Source: Actinomycetota bacterium (lineage in GTDB: Bacteria; Actinomycetota; UBA4738). From it: DNA of 64,000 nucleotides. Positions 1-9,826 of this stretch are shown here, one piece after another. The stretch is from positions 68,989 to 132,988 of the forward strand of contig DAIUAM010000001.1 in NCBI GenBank assembly GCA_036847185.1, written 5' to 3'. How positions within the stretch are numbered: position 1 is the stretch's first letter; each line of letters opens with the position of its first letter. The position numbers and the translations under genes were made by a program. A model generated the notes under the pieces. The model did no database searches. It was not told the DNA's origin and saw only the letters and a program-made list of their open reading frames with translations.

Positions 1-170
1 GGCCAGGCGGGACAGCGCCTTGGCCAGGGCGTACAGGACGATGGCCGCCCCGATCCCGGTCCAGGCCACCACGCCCCATCCGACCAGCCGGCGCCCGCGG
101 CCGCCGGCAGGCATCAGTCGCTCGAGATGGTCGCGGATGGACAGCCGGTCGACCGATTCGTCCATGAATC
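1..170 (-). CDS. Membrane protein, 5' part only (gene runs off the window start); possibly an AI-2E/PerM-like transporter
   Basis: Minus-strand ATG near 170 followed by MDESVDRLSIRDHLERLMPAGGRGRRLVGWGVVAWTGIGAAIVLYALAKALSRLA, open to position 1. A hydrophobic helix follows an Arg-rich N-terminus. The ORF is divergent from the SDR gene. It is absent from the ORF track because there is no in-window stop. Confidence 0.35.
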
Positions 171-214
171 GCCAGCGTACCGTGCTTCGGGCGCCCTGTA
201 AGCTCGAACACCGT

Positions 215-952
215 ATGGGCGAACGGGGCGTGGCGATCGTGACAGGAGCCTCCGCCGGGATCGGGGCGGCGACGGCCCGCGGACTGGCGGCGGCCGGTTT
301 CGACGTGGTGGTCGGCGCCCGGCGCGAAGACCGCCTGCGGGAGGTGGCCGGCCCGATCGGGGCCCGGGCGCTTCCGCTCGACGTCACCGACCCGGCCTCG
401 GTCGAAGCCTTCGCCGCGGCGGTGCCCGAGTGCCGCGTCCTGGTCAACAACGCGGGCGGCGCGCTCGGCCGCGACACCGTCGCCGACGCCCAGCTCGAGG
501 ACTGGCGGTGGATGTTCGAGGCGAACGTCCTCGGGACCGCCGCCACGACCAAGGCGTTCCTGCCCGCCCTGGAGCGGTCCGGGGATGGCCACGTCGTCGT
601 GGTCGGGAGCATCGCCGGATTCCAGACCTATCCCTCCGGGGCTGGATACACCGGCGCGAAGCACGCGGAACGCGCCCTCACGAAGACATTGCGGGTCGAA
701 TTGCTCGGCAAGCCGATCCGGGTGACGGAGATCGACCCCGGCCTGGTGGAAACCGAGTTCAGCCTGGTGCGGTTCAAGGGCGACGAGGAGCGCGCCAGGC
801 AGGTCTACGCCGGCATCACGCCGCTCTCGGCCGAGGACGTCGCGGACTGCATCGTGTGGGCCGTCACCCGCCCGAGCCACGTGAACATCGACGAGATCGT
901 CGTGATGCCGCGCGACCAGGCGAACGCGAACCTGATCCACCGGCGGCCGTGA
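215..952 (+). CDS. Short-chain dehydrogenase/reductase (SDR) family oxidoreductase
   Basis: Internal ATG at 215 (MGERGVAIVTGASAGIGAATARGLAAAGFDVVV). The TGxxxGxG Rossmann motif and NNAG motif (VLVNNAGGALG) are present, and there is a YxxxK-like catalytic region (YTGAKHAERALTK). The upstream 65 codons of ORF 20..952 look non-coding. Confidence 0.85.
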   Translation: MGERGVAIVTGASAGIGAATARGLAAAGFDVVVGARREDRLREVAGPIGARALPLDVTDPASVEAFAAAVPECRVLVNNAGGALGRDTVADAQLEDWRWMFEANVLGTAATTKAFLPALERSGDGHVVVVGSIAGFQTYPSGAGYTGAKHAERALTKTLRVELLGKPIRVTEIDPGLVETEFSLVRFKGDEERARQVYAGITPLSAEDVADCIVWAVTRPSHVNIDEIVVMPRDQANANLIHRRP

Positions 953-1737
953 CCCTCCCGGATCCAGTCCGCCTCTTCACCTACGCCGCGAACGAGCTGG
1001 GAAGGTTCTCCCGCCGGACGCGATGGGGCATGGTCATCGCCGACCCGCGGTACCCGCGCATCTGGGATGCGAACAACGCGGCAGTGCTGGATCCCGACCC
1101 GGACCTCACCGCCGAACAGATCCGCGCCGAGCTCGACCCGATCCTGCGCGGTGCCGGCGCGCCGACCGAGCACATCGAGGTCTGGGAGACGACCGTCGAG
1201 AATCCGGCCCTCCGGGCGCTCCGCGACGAACGCATCTCCCGGGTGCCGGACGTGGCGATGGTGTTCGACGGCGATTCGGATGCGGTGCGGGACGAGATCG
1301 ACCTGGGGGTGGAGGAGCTCCGAGACCTGGATGCCGGGCTGTGGCGCTGGTACCGCACGACCCTCAACGAGTTCGGCGATCCCCTCGACGACGGCGTGCT
1401 GGATCAGCTCCTCTCCCGGATCCGCGACGTGTTCCTGCCCTCCGGCCTGCGTTGGTTCCTGGTTCGCGTGGACGGCGAACCGGCCGGCTACACGAGTCTG
1501 ATCTCGGTTGCCGGCGTCGGCTACCTCGACAGCGTGGTGACGATGCCGAAGTTCCGGCGCCGGGGGATCGCGTCGGCGACGGTCGGGGCTGCGGTGCGGG
1601 CCAGCGCGGAGGCCGGGGATCGGGTCACGTTCCTCCTCGCTGAGGAGGGCGGGGAGCCGCAGCGGCTGTACGAACGGCTCGGCTTCATCACCACGGCCCG
1701 CATCGAAAGCTTCACCCGACCGCTCCCGACGGGCTGA
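948..1737 (+). CDS. GNAT family N-acetyltransferase
   Basis: The C-terminal acetyl-CoA binding region VVTMPKFRRRGIASATVGAAV...RLYERLGF is present. A GTG start at 948 overlaps the SDR stop (GTGA). The upstream Arg-rich part of ORF 430..1737 was rejected as non-coding. Confidence 0.65.
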
Positions 1738-1744
1738 GGCGACG

Positions 1745-2599
1745 ATGCCCGGCTTCCCACTCGATGAACTCGGGTTCGCGGTCAACCGGGCCCTGGCCGA
1801 GGACGCTCCGGCAGGCGACCTGACCGCCCGCCTGACCATCCCGGTCCATGCCCGATGCACGGCCGGGATCGTCGCGAAGGGGACGGGGGTCCTGGCTGGA
1901 ACCGGCGTCGCCGAACGAGTGTTCGGTGAGGTTGCCCGGCAGGACGGAGCTGGTGCGATCACGGTGGAGTGGCTCGCCGCCGATGGCGACATGGTCGCGC
2001 CCGGCGACCTGGTGGCCCGGATCGAAGGGCCCGCTCGGTCGGTGCTTCGCGCCGAGCGGGTGGCGATCAACTTCCTCTCCCACCTCTGCGGGGTGGCCAC
2101 GCTGACCCGGGCGTTCGTCGAGGCGGCCGGGCCAGGGGTGACGCTCCTCAACACCCGCAAGACGATCCCCGGCCTGCGGGCGCTCGAGCGGGAGGCAGTC
2201 GTGGCCGGGGGTGGGACGCTCCATCGGGCCTCGCTCTCCGACGCCGTCCTCATCAAGGACAACCACCTCCGGATCGCCGGCGGCGTGCACGAGGCCGTCT
2301 CCCGGGCGAAGGCGGGCGGCGTCCCCGTCGAGGTGGAGGTGGAGTCGATGGAGGAGCTGGATGAGGCCCTGGCTGCCGGCGCCGACCGCATCCTGCTCGA
2401 CAACCCGACGCCGGAGCTGGTTCGCCGGGCCGTTGCCCGGGTCGGCGACCCGATGCGGCTGGAGATCTCGGGGGGTGTTTCCCTCGATTCGATACAATCG
2501 TTGGTGCAGGCGGGGGCGCGGGTCATCTCCGTGGGAAGGATTACCCACTCCGCTCCCTCGCTGGACCTCTCCCTCGAGGTGACGCATGCAGAGGTATGA
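1745..2599 (+). CDS. nadC: Nicotinate-nucleotide pyrophosphorylase (quinolinate phosphoribosyltransferase)
   Basis: 284 aa with ATG at 1745. The protein has [42 protein letters not shown], a central QPRTase signature, and LLDNPTPEL. It is followed by nadA and nadB. Confidence 0.9.
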   Translation: MPGFPLDELGFAVNRALAEDAPAGDLTARLTIPVHARCTAGIVAKGTGVLAGTGVAERVFGEVARQDGAGAITVEWLAADGDMVAPGDLVARIEGPARSVLRAERVAINFLSHLCGVATLTRAFVEAAGPGVTLLNTRKTIPGLRALEREAVVAGGGTLHRASLSDAVLIKDNHLRIAGGVHEAVSRAKAGGVPVEVEVESMEELDEALAAGADRILLDNPTPELVRRAVARVGDPMRLEISGGVSLDSIQSLVQAGARVISVGRITHSAPSLDLSLEVTHAEV

Positions 2600-3572
2600 C
2601 GAGTGGGCGAGGGAGGTCCGCAGGCTCGCCGGCGAGCGACGTGCGGTCATCCTGGCCCACAACTATCAGGTCCCCTGGATCCAGGATGTGGCCGACTTCG
2701 TCGGCGACTCACTGGCCCTGTCACGGCAGGCGGCCGAAACGGACGCCGACACCATCGTGTTCTGCGGCGTCCACTTCATGGCAGAGACCGCCAAGATCCT
2801 CTCCCCTTCCAAGACCGTCCTGTTGCCCGACCTGGCTGCAGGATGCTCGCTGGCCGACGCGATCACCGGCGCGGACGTGCGGGCGTGGAAGGCCGAACAT
2901 CCCGGCGCGGCGGTCGTGGCCTACGTCAACACCACGGCCGAGGTGAAGGCCGAGTCCGACATCTGCTGCACGTCCTCCAACGCGGTCGAGGTGGTCCGCT
3001 CGATCCCCCAGGATCGCGAGATCCTCTTCCTCCCCGACATGTTCCTAGGCGCGCACGTCGAGCGGATGACCGGCCGGTCGATGCACGTGTGGATGGGCGA
3101 GTGCCACGTCCACGCTGGCATCGCCCCCCAGGAGCTCCGCGCGAAGGCCGAGGCCGACCCCCGCGCCGAACTGCTCATCCATCCGGAGTGCGGCTGTTCG
3201 ACGCAGGCCCTGTATCTGCTCAGCGAGGGCGTGCTGCCGGCGGACCGAACCAAGATCCTCTCCACCGGCGGGATGGTCGCCGAGTCGCACCGCTCCGACG
3301 CCACGAAGTTCCTGGTCGCCACCGAGACCGGCATCCTGCACCAGCTCCGCAAAGCCAACCCTGGGAAGGTGTTCGAACCGGTCAACGAGTTCGCGGTATG
3401 CCGGTACATGAAGACGATCACCCCCGAGAAGCTGCTTCGGTCGCTCCGGGAGATGGTCTTCGAGATCACGGTGCCGGAGGACGTGCGCAAGCGCGCCGCG
3501 CTCGCCGTGGAGCGGATGATCGCCGTGAGGCCCATCGCTGGTGTGTCGGTCCCGGCCGCGGCGGCAGTGTGA
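2586..3572 (+). CDS. nadA: Quinolinate synthase
   Basis: 328 aa starting [72 protein letters not shown]. Conserved Cys residues for the [4Fe-4S] cluster are present. The start overlaps the nadC end by 14 nt. Confidence 0.9.
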   Translation: MQRYDEWAREVRRLAGERRAVILAHNYQVPWIQDVADFVGDSLALSRQAAETDADTIVFCGVHFMAETAKILSPSKTVLLPDLAAGCSLADAITGADVRAWKAEHPGAAVVAYVNTTAEVKAESDICCTSSNAVEVVRSIPQDREILFLPDMFLGAHVERMTGRSMHVWMGECHVHAGIAPQELRAKAEADPRAELLIHPECGCSTQALYLLSEGVLPADRTKILSTGGMVAESHRSDATKFLVATETGILHQLRKANPGKVFEPVNEFAVCRYMKTITPEKLLRSLREMVFEITVPEDVRKRAALAVERMIAVRPIAGVSVPAAAAV

Positions 3573-3588
3573 GACGACCGCGTCTCGG

Positions 3589-5052
3589 GTGAGAACCGTC
3601 GTCGTCGGGGCCGGCGCGGCCGGCCTCTGGGCAGCACTGCACGCTGCCGGCCGGGGGCCGGTGACGATCGTGGCCCCCGACCCTTCCGCGGGCAGCTCGA
3701 CGGCCCTGGCCCAGGGCGGGATCGCCGCAGCTGTGGCCGAAGGGGATCGCCCCGAGTCCCACGCGGCCGACACCATCGCCGCCGGCGCGGGACTGTGCGA
3801 TCCCGAAGCGGTCAGGATCCTCACCACCGAAGCCCCGGCCGCGATCGCCGAGCTGCAGGCCTTCGGGATGACCTTCGACGCGGGCGGTGCGCCGACGCTC
3901 GAAGGCGGCCACACGGCACGAAGGGTCCTGCACGCAGGAGGGGACGCCACCGGCTGGTACCTCCTGCGGACGCTGCTCGGCGCGGTTCGAACAGATGACC
4001 GGATCGAGTGGACGCCGGTCCGGGTCGCCGCTCTGGTCTCAAGCGGTGGGCGGGCGACCGGCGTTCGGACGGCGGGCGGCGAGGAGCTTGAGGCCGACCG
4101 GGTCATCCTGGCAACGGGTGGGGCGACCGGCATCTTCGGACGGCGCACCGGCCCCGACCGGGCGACGGGCCAGGGCATGGCGCTGGCCTGGGACTCGGGG
4201 GCCGCGCTGGCGGACCTGGAGTTCGTTCAGTTCCACCCGACAGCGCTGGACGTCCCGGGGCATCCCGCGCGCCTGCTGACCGAAGCCCTCCGCGGCGAGG
4301 GGGCCGTCCTGCTGGACGCGGACGGCGAACGGTTCATGCCCAACGTCGACCCGCACGCCGAGTTGGCGCCGCGCGACGTAGTGGCTCGGGCCATCGCGTC
4401 AGTCCGAGAAGCCACCGGACGGCCCGTCTTCCTCGATGCCCGCGGGATCCCCGATGTCCGGGGCCGGTTCCCCACGGTCGCCGCCTCCTGCCGGGAGGCC
4501 GGGCTCGACCTCGCCCGCGACCTCATCCCCGTCGCCCCGGCCGCGCACTACTTCACCGGCGGAGTGCTGACCGACACATGGGCACGAACGACGGTTCCCG
4601 GTCTCGTCGCGTGCGGCGAGGTGGCCTGCACCGGCGTTCACGGGGCGAATCGCCTGGCCTCGAACTCCCTGCTTGAGGCACTGGTGTTCGGGCGCCGGGC
4701 AGCCCTGGCCGAAGAGGGCCCGGGCCCCGCACCGATGCCCCTGGCCCCACTCGATCCGATCCCGGAGGGTTCGCTCCCGCTGGAGGAGATCCGCACGCTT
4801 ACCGACCAGTCGCTCGGTGTCTCGAGGAACGGCCCGGAGCTCGAAGCCGTCTGCGGCAAGCTCGGCACGGCCTCCGGGCCCGATCGGGACCGGCCCGCCT
4901 CGCTGGTGGCGACACTGCTGGCCAGGTCGGCCCTTCGCCGCGAAGAGAGCCGCGGCGGCCACTTCCGTACGGACTTCCCCGAGACCCGGCCGGAATGGCG
5001 TCTCCGACAGGTCGTGAGCCCGGAGGGCTGGTCGACGCTCCCCGTCGCGTAG
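3589..5052 (+). CDS. nadB: L-aspartate oxidase
   Basis: An FAD-binding N-terminus VVVGAGAAGLWAALHAAG follows GTG 3589. The succinate-dehydrogenase-flavoprotein-like core includes HYFTGGV and RGGHFRTDFPE. The alternative upstream GTG at 3541 would overlap nadA and contains a hairpin. Confidence 0.88.
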   Translation: MRTVVVGAGAAGLWAALHAAGRGPVTIVAPDPSAGSSTALAQGGIAAAVAEGDRPESHAADTIAAGAGLCDPEAVRILTTEAPAAIAELQAFGMTFDAGGAPTLEGGHTARRVLHAGGDATGWYLLRTLLGAVRTDDRIEWTPVRVAALVSSGGRATGVRTAGGEELEADRVILATGGATGIFGRRTGPDRATGQGMALAWDSGAALADLEFVQFHPTALDVPGHPARLLTEALRGEGAVLLDADGERFMPNVDPHAELAPRDVVARAIASVREATGRPVFLDARGIPDVRGRFPTVAASCREAGLDLARDLIPVAPAAHYFTGGVLTDTWARTTVPGLVACGEVACTGVHGANRLASNSLLEALVFGRRAALAEEGPGPAPMPLAPLDPIPEGSLPLEEIRTLTDQSLGVSRNGPELEAVCGKLGTASGPDRDRPASLVATLLARSALRREESRGGHFRTDFPETRPEWRLRQVVSPEGWSTLPVA

Positions 5053-5137
5053 CTCGGTCCAACGGGCGAAGCTGCCTTGACTTCTGGCGTAAGGTCTGAC
5101 TCCTGAAATTGCAGCGGAGGGGAAAGGGGGGAGTCGG

Positions 5138-7522
5138 ATGAACCGACTCCGATGGGCAGTTGCCCTCTTGGCGCCGGCCATCGTCGCGGAAGCATGCACG
5201 AGCTCCCCTCCCAAGCCCGGGCCCGTGCATAAGAACCTGCCGTTCGCGCGTGGCGGCACACTCCGCTTCACGCTGTTCGGCTGGGACGACCACGCGTCCG
5301 GGCTGACCTCGGAAGATGGCAGGGGCTACTACGCGCTTGACCCGCAGACCGACGGCGGCCCGGCGTGGGAGCTGTTTCGGTGCTGCCTGGTCCGAACCCT
5401 CATGTCATACAACGGACGGCCGACCTCCCAGGGTGGAGCCGACCCGAGGCCGGACCTCGCAGCCGGCCTTCCGACCGTCTCTGCCGACGGTCTCGTCTGG
5501 ACGTTCAAGCTGAAGCGGGGCATCGACTACGCGCCGCCCTTCCAGCACACGGAGATCACCGCCCAGGACTTCATCCGGGCCATCCAGCGCGGGCTCTCTC
5601 CCAGTCTTCGCCGCAACGACGCCGGGACAGGGTTCCTGCCCATCAACGCCGAAATCGATTATCTGTACGCCCCGATCCTGGGCGCGAAGGGGTACGAGGA
5701 GGGCGCCACCCGGACGATCGCGGGGTTGGAGGCACCGGATCCGCACACACTCGTGATCCACCTCACGGACCCCACCGGAGACTTGTCCTACCGCTTGGCG
5801 ATGCCGTTTACCGCTCCGATCCCCCCCAGCCCGACCGACCCGACCGCTCCCTTGGGGGCGGCCACCGGGCACAGCGGTGGTGACGGTCCCTTCCTGGTGG
5901 CCTCGGGTCCGTACATGATCGAGGGCTCGAACCGCATGGACTTCCGCAAGCCCCCCGAGCAGCAGGTCGGGGCGAGCGGCTATGTCTACGGGATCTCGCT
6001 CACGTTGGTGCGGAACCCCTCCTGGGTCCCGTCGACGGACGCACTACGAGCCGCCTATCCGGACCGCATCGAGATGACCCTTGACAACGGAGACGGCACG
6101 GTCCACGAGCGCGAGGCGTCGGACCTCGAGGCCGGGCGGGCGGATATCGCCTACTTCGACGAGGGTGCCAGCCAGGATGATCCTCTCCTGAAGAAGTACT
6201 TGGGGGACCCGGCCCTGAGGAAACGGCTGTTCATCTACCCCGCGGACTACCTGAACTGGATGACCCTCAATCTGGCGATGCCTCCCTTCGACGACATCCA
6301 CGTTCGAAAGGCGGTCAACCTCATCCTCGACAAGACTGCGGTCGCCGAGCTCAACGGAGGGCATGTCGAGGGGGACCCAGCCGGCCACCTGGCGTTCGAT
6401 AGCCTAGAGGACGACCTGCTCCTCAACTACGACCCATACCACTCGCCGGCGGCCCGGGGCGACCTCGCGGCAGCCGAAGCCGAGATGCGGCGATCCGGAT
6501 ACGATCGAAACGGTGACGGGCGATGCGATGACCCCTCGTGTCGTTCCATCCAGGTCTGGGTGGGCGACTTCCCGTACGACGCGGACCTCTTTCAGGTCAT
6601 CCGCTCGGGGTTGGCCCGGATCGGGCTCGTCCTCACGGAGAAGAAGATTCCGGTGGACGAGTACTTCACGGCGACCGAGGACCCGCAACGCGAACCGACG
6701 CTTCATCTGCCGCTGATCCTGGACGCGAGGGGCTTCAAAGACTTCCCCAGCGGCTCGAACTTCTTCGGCCGTTCGTTCGGTGAAGGTGCCTTCGACACGT
6801 CGCTGATCGGGGCCGCGCCCCAGGACCTCCGCCGGTGGGGGTATCAGATCACGTCGGTGCCGAGCGTCGCCGCTCGTGTCCGGGCGTGCGAGATCCTCGT
6901 TGGAAACGCCCAGCCGAGATGTTGGGCCGAGCTCGATCAGTTCCTAATGGAAGAGGTGGTGCCCTGGGTGCCTCTGGTGGTGCACAACCGGCAGCGCTTC
7001 ATCTCGGACCGCGTGTTGAGCTTCGGCTACGACCAGTTCACAACCCTGCCCGCCCTCGACCGGATCGCCCTTCGCCCCCGCACCGAACCGGCTCCTCGTC
7101 CGACTCCTTCGATCGGCCCGATTCCGCCGATCCCGGATGGCGTGTATCGGTTCACGGTCACCGCGGCGGACTTCAAGAGGTTCCGGGGGGCGGAGGACCC
7201 CGATAGTCTCCGAGAGAACACTGGGACCGTCACGATCACGATGCGTAGCGGCCGATACGAGCAGGTCATGACCGGCGACCACCCGTTCTTCGCGCCGATC
7301 TCGCTCGGGCATTACTCGGGCTCCGGGGACACGGTGCGGTTCACCACCGACCTTCCTTCGTTCAACGTCCTCACCACGCCGCCCATCCGGTGGACCTTCG
7401 ACGGCCACCGATTGCACTTCACCTTCTTGAGTTGCGAGGGCCTTCATGACCCCGAAAACCCCACATTCTGTCAGGACGTCAAGGTGTTCTACGAGGCGCA
7501 TCCATGGGAGAAGGTCGGATGA
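5138..7522 (+). CDS. ABC transporter substrate-binding protein, family 5 (peptide/nickel-type), lipoprotein-like, with extra C-terminal domain
   Basis: 794 aa. The signal peptide MNRLRWAVALLAPAIVAEAC ends in Cys. An SBP_bac_5-like core includes LIYPADYLNWMTLNLAMPPFDDIHVRKAVNLILDK. A Pro-rich linker (PRTEPAPRPTPSIGPIPPIP) is followed by an additional ~170-aa domain. A purine-rich RBS ggggaaagggggga lies upstream of the ATG. Confidence 0.8.
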   Translation: MNRLRWAVALLAPAIVAEACTSSPPKPGPVHKNLPFARGGTLRFTLFGWDDHASGLTSEDGRGYYALDPQTDGGPAWELFRCCLVRTLMSYNGRPTSQGGADPRPDLAAGLPTVSADGLVWTFKLKRGIDYAPPFQHTEITAQDFIRAIQRGLSPSLRRNDAGTGFLPINAEIDYLYAPILGAKGYEEGATRTIAGLEAPDPHTLVIHLTDPTGDLSYRLAMPFTAPIPPSPTDPTAPLGAATGHSGGDGPFLVASGPYMIEGSNRMDFRKPPEQQVGASGYVYGISLTLVRNPSWVPSTDALRAAYPDRIEMTLDNGDGTVHEREASDLEAGRADIAYFDEGASQDDPLLKKYLGDPALRKRLFIYPADYLNWMTLNLAMPPFDDIHVRKAVNLILDKTAVAELNGGHVEGDPAGHLAFDSLEDDLLLNYDPYHSPAARGDLAAAEAEMRRSGYDRNGDGRCDDPSCRSIQVWVGDFPYDADLFQVIRSGLARIGLVLTEKKIPVDEYFTATEDPQREPTLHLPLILDARGFKDFPSGSNFFGRSFGEGAFDTSLIGAAPQDLRRWGYQITSVPSVAARVRACEILVGNAQPRCWAELDQFLMEEVVPWVPLVVHNRQRFISDRVLSFGYDQFTTLPALDRIALRPRTEPAPRPTPSIGPIPPIPDGVYRFTVTAADFKRFRGAEDPDSLRENTGTVTITMRSGRYEQVMTGDHPFFAPISLGHYSGSGDTVRFTTDLPSFNVLTTPPIRWTFDGHRLHFTFLSCEGLHDPENPTFCQDVKVFYEAHPWEKVG

Positions 7523-7579
7523 GAACGATCCGGTTTGCCGCGGCTGGCCACGCTTGACCTGGTTCGGTACGCTGCCCTG

Positions 7580-8305
7580 ATGCCTTCGAGCCCTCCACCC
7601 GGCACGATCCTCGGCGTCTGGGCGCACCCGGACGACGAGACCTACCTGTCGGCCGGGATCATGGCGGATGCGGTCCGGCGCGGCGAGCGCGTGGTCTGCG
7701 TGACCGCTACCCGCGGCGAGGAGGGCTCGTGGGATGAGGAGCGCTGGCCCACGGCGACCATGGGCGAGGTCCGGGAAGGCGAACTGCTGCGGTCACTGGC
7801 GGCCCTCGGGGTGACCGAGCACAACTGGCTCGACTACTACGACGGCACGTGCGCGCAGGTGCCGAAGGACGAGGGCGTGGCCCGCGTCCGAACGTTCCTG
7901 CAGGAGGTTCGGCCCGCGGTCGTCCTGACGTTCGGGCCGGACGGGATGACGGGCCACGACGATCACAAGTCGGTCTGCGCGTGGACGACCGAAGCGTTCC
8001 AAAGCGCGGCCCCGGAGGGATCCCGCCTCTACTACGCGACCCAGACGCCCGAGTGGGCTGAGGAGTTCGTCCCGGTCATGAACCGCTTCAACGTGTTCAT
8101 GGAGGACGGGACGCCACCGGTCACGCCGCGCGACCAGCTCGCCATTGACTTCGAACTCACCCCCGAGCTGCTGGAACTGAAGCTTGCGGCGATCGAGGCG
8201 CACGAGAGCCAGGTCGAAGGCATGCTGAACGCCTTCGGCAAGGACTACTTCCGGCGAGCCATGAAGGCCGAATTCTTCCGCGGGGCGGAAGGCTCGGGCG
8301 GGTAG
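7580..8305 (+). CDS. PIG-L/LmbE family N-acetylglucosaminyl deacetylase
   Basis: The AHPDDE zinc-binding motif appears right after the start (MPSSPPPGTILGVWAHPDDETYLSAGIMAD). Internal ATG 7580 is preferred over TTG 7535. Confidence 0.75.
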   Translation: MPSSPPPGTILGVWAHPDDETYLSAGIMADAVRRGERVVCVTATRGEEGSWDEERWPTATMGEVREGELLRSLAALGVTEHNWLDYYDGTCAQVPKDEGVARVRTFLQEVRPAVVLTFGPDGMTGHDDHKSVCAWTTEAFQSAAPEGSRLYYATQTPEWAEEFVPVMNRFNVFMEDGTPPVTPRDQLAIDFELTPELLELKLAAIEAHESQVEGMLNAFGKDYFRRAMKAEFFRGAEGSGG

Positions 8306-8312
8306 TCCGCGG

Positions 8313-9287
8313 TCAGGAGCTCGGCGACACCGACGGCGACGGGGTGGCTTCGGCCTGCTGCAGGAGACGGCGGACCTCGGCGACGTGCGCGCCGTATGGG
8401 GCGGCCTGGAGGTACGACCGGAACGCGGCGGCGGCCGGTTCGGGCTGCTTCTTGCCGACCAGGAGGATGACGCCCTTGAAGTACAGCGCCTCCGGGTACG
8501 CGGGATCCACGGCCAGCGCTTGCTCCTCGAACAGCAGCGCGTCGTCCGTCTTCCCGGCCCGGAAGATCAGGAATCCGAGCTCCGCGTGCGCCTCGACGTT
8601 CTTGGGGTCCAGCTTCAGGGCGGCCAGGTACTGCGGGATAGCGCCCTTGGCATCCCCAGCCGCGAGGTAGCGCTGCGCGAGGTCCAGGCGGGCAGCCAGG
8701 TCGTTCGGATGGTCGGCCACGCGCTGCTCGAAGAACGAGAACGGGTCGCCGGCCGAAGGGGCGGGGATGCTACCGGAGACCGGGGCTCCCGGAGCCCGGT
8801 TGCGGACGGCCGTGATCAACAGCGGCACGACCAGCGCCACGGCGACCAGGCCGATCAGTGTGGGAGCCAGGGCGCGGGGGCGGCGGGGCGTCGGCTCCTG
8901 CGGTTCGTGGCCGTTGCGGCCGGAACCCGGAACGGTCTCCGCCCCGGTGGCGGGTCGCGGCGGGGTTCCCCGCCGGAGCCCACGGACCTCCTTCAGCGCC
9001 ACGCTCAGCTCGCCGGCACCATCCCGAGCCTCCAATGCCCGCAGCACCGCGACGGCCCGGGTCTCGGTCTCCGCCCGCAGGGCCAGGTAGGTGCCCTCGG
9101 CCAGCTCACCGGTGACGTGCTCCTCCTCCAGATCGCGCAGCGCGCGAAGGAGGCTGAGGCGTTCGTCCTCCAGCGGGTCGGCCAGGCGCTCCAGCCCGAC
9201 CTGCCGCGAGGAGCCGAACGGACGAAGCACCCCGGCGGCGGCCACCCCGGCCAGGACCATCGCGGCGAGGACGACCGCGAACGTCAT
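8313..9287 (-). CDS. ccmI: Cytochrome c-type biogenesis protein CcmI/CycH-like (two TM helices + TPR repeats)
   Basis: Real start ATG at 9287 (MTFAVVLAAMVLAG), 324 aa. A second TM segment LIGLVAVALVVPLLITAV is followed by TPR repeats (YLAAGDAKGAIPQYLAALKLDPKNVEAHAELGFLIFRAG...AYPEALYFKGVILL). ATGA overlap with the ccmH stop. The upstream 247 codons of ORF 8313..10028 were rejected. Confidence 0.7.
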   Translation of the reverse strand: MTFAVVLAAMVLAGVAAAGVLRPFGSSRQVGLERLADPLEDERLSLLRALRDLEEEHVTGELAEGTYLALRAETETRAVAVLRALEARDGAGELSVALKEVRGLRRGTPPRPATGAETVPGSGRNGHEPQEPTPRRPRALAPTLIGLVAVALVVPLLITAVRNRAPGAPVSGSIPAPSAGDPFSFFEQRVADHPNDLAARLDLAQRYLAAGDAKGAIPQYLAALKLDPKNVEAHAELGFLIFRAGKTDDALLFEEQALAVDPAYPEALYFKGVILLVGKKQPEPAAAAFRSYLQAAPYGAHVAEVRRLLQQAEATPSPSVSPSS

Positions 9288-9826
9288 TCGGGTTCGTCCT
9301 CCGCGCTGGCCAGGGCGCGCTCCAGGAGGCGTCGATCCGAAGGTGAGAGGGTCGAACCGCGACCCGGGAACCCAATCGAGTCCGCGGCGTCCGCGGCTCG
9401 GGATGGGGTTCGGCCCAGCGTCCAGCGCCGGATCGCGATGAGGGCCGCGACCAGGCCGCCCAGCAGCAGGAGCAGCGGCGCGATCCACGCCACGAGATCG
9501 ATCCCGCCACGGGGCGGCGACAACAGGATCCACTGCCCGTAGGCCGCGACGAACCGCGCGCGGATCTGGTCCGGGGTCCGGCCGGCCCGAAGGTCGCGAC
9601 CGATGGTGGCTCGCATACTCCCCGCCACCGCGGACGGCGAATCGGCCACCGAGAGGTTCTGGCATACGGGACAGCGCAGCCCGGAGGCGACCTGGTGGAC
9701 GCGGTCCTGGAGCGTCTCCGGCTGCGCGGGCCCGCGGGCCGCCACGAAGGCCAGGGCTCCCGCGGCCACCAACAGGATGGCGGCCAGGGCGACCGCTCCA
9801 CCTGTGCGTCGGGAGGCCGTCTTCAC
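9284..9826 (-). CDS. ccmH: Cytochrome c-type biogenesis protein CcmH/NrfF (heme-handling, CXXC)
   Basis: Signal/TM N-terminus then LRCPVCQNLSVADSPSAVAGSMR (CcmH LRCxxC motif) and a C-terminal TM segment. GTG start at 9826 in a GTGA overlap with the ccmG stop. Confidence 0.8.
   Translation of the reverse strand: MKTASRRTGGAVALAAILLVAAGALAFVAARGPAQPETLQDRVHQVASGLRCPVCQNLSVADSPSAVAGSMRATIGRDLRAGRTPDQIRARFVAAYGQWILLSPPRGGIDLVAWIAPLLLLLGGLVAALIAIRRWTLGRTPSRAADAADSIGFPGRGSTLSPSDRRLLERALASAEDEPE

Noticed and set aside
805-2526. 573-aa minus-strand ORF spanning SDR, GNAT and nadC regions
   Set aside because: It lies antisense to three well-supported genes. The Ser/Arg/Ala/Thr-rich composition is typical of a reverse-frame artefact in 70% GC DNA.
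5060-5137. Sigma-70-like promoter (TTGACT ... TAAGGT) upstream of the SBP gene
   Set aside because: Spacing between the candidate -35 and -10 hexamers is only ~7 nt. I cannot support a promoter call.
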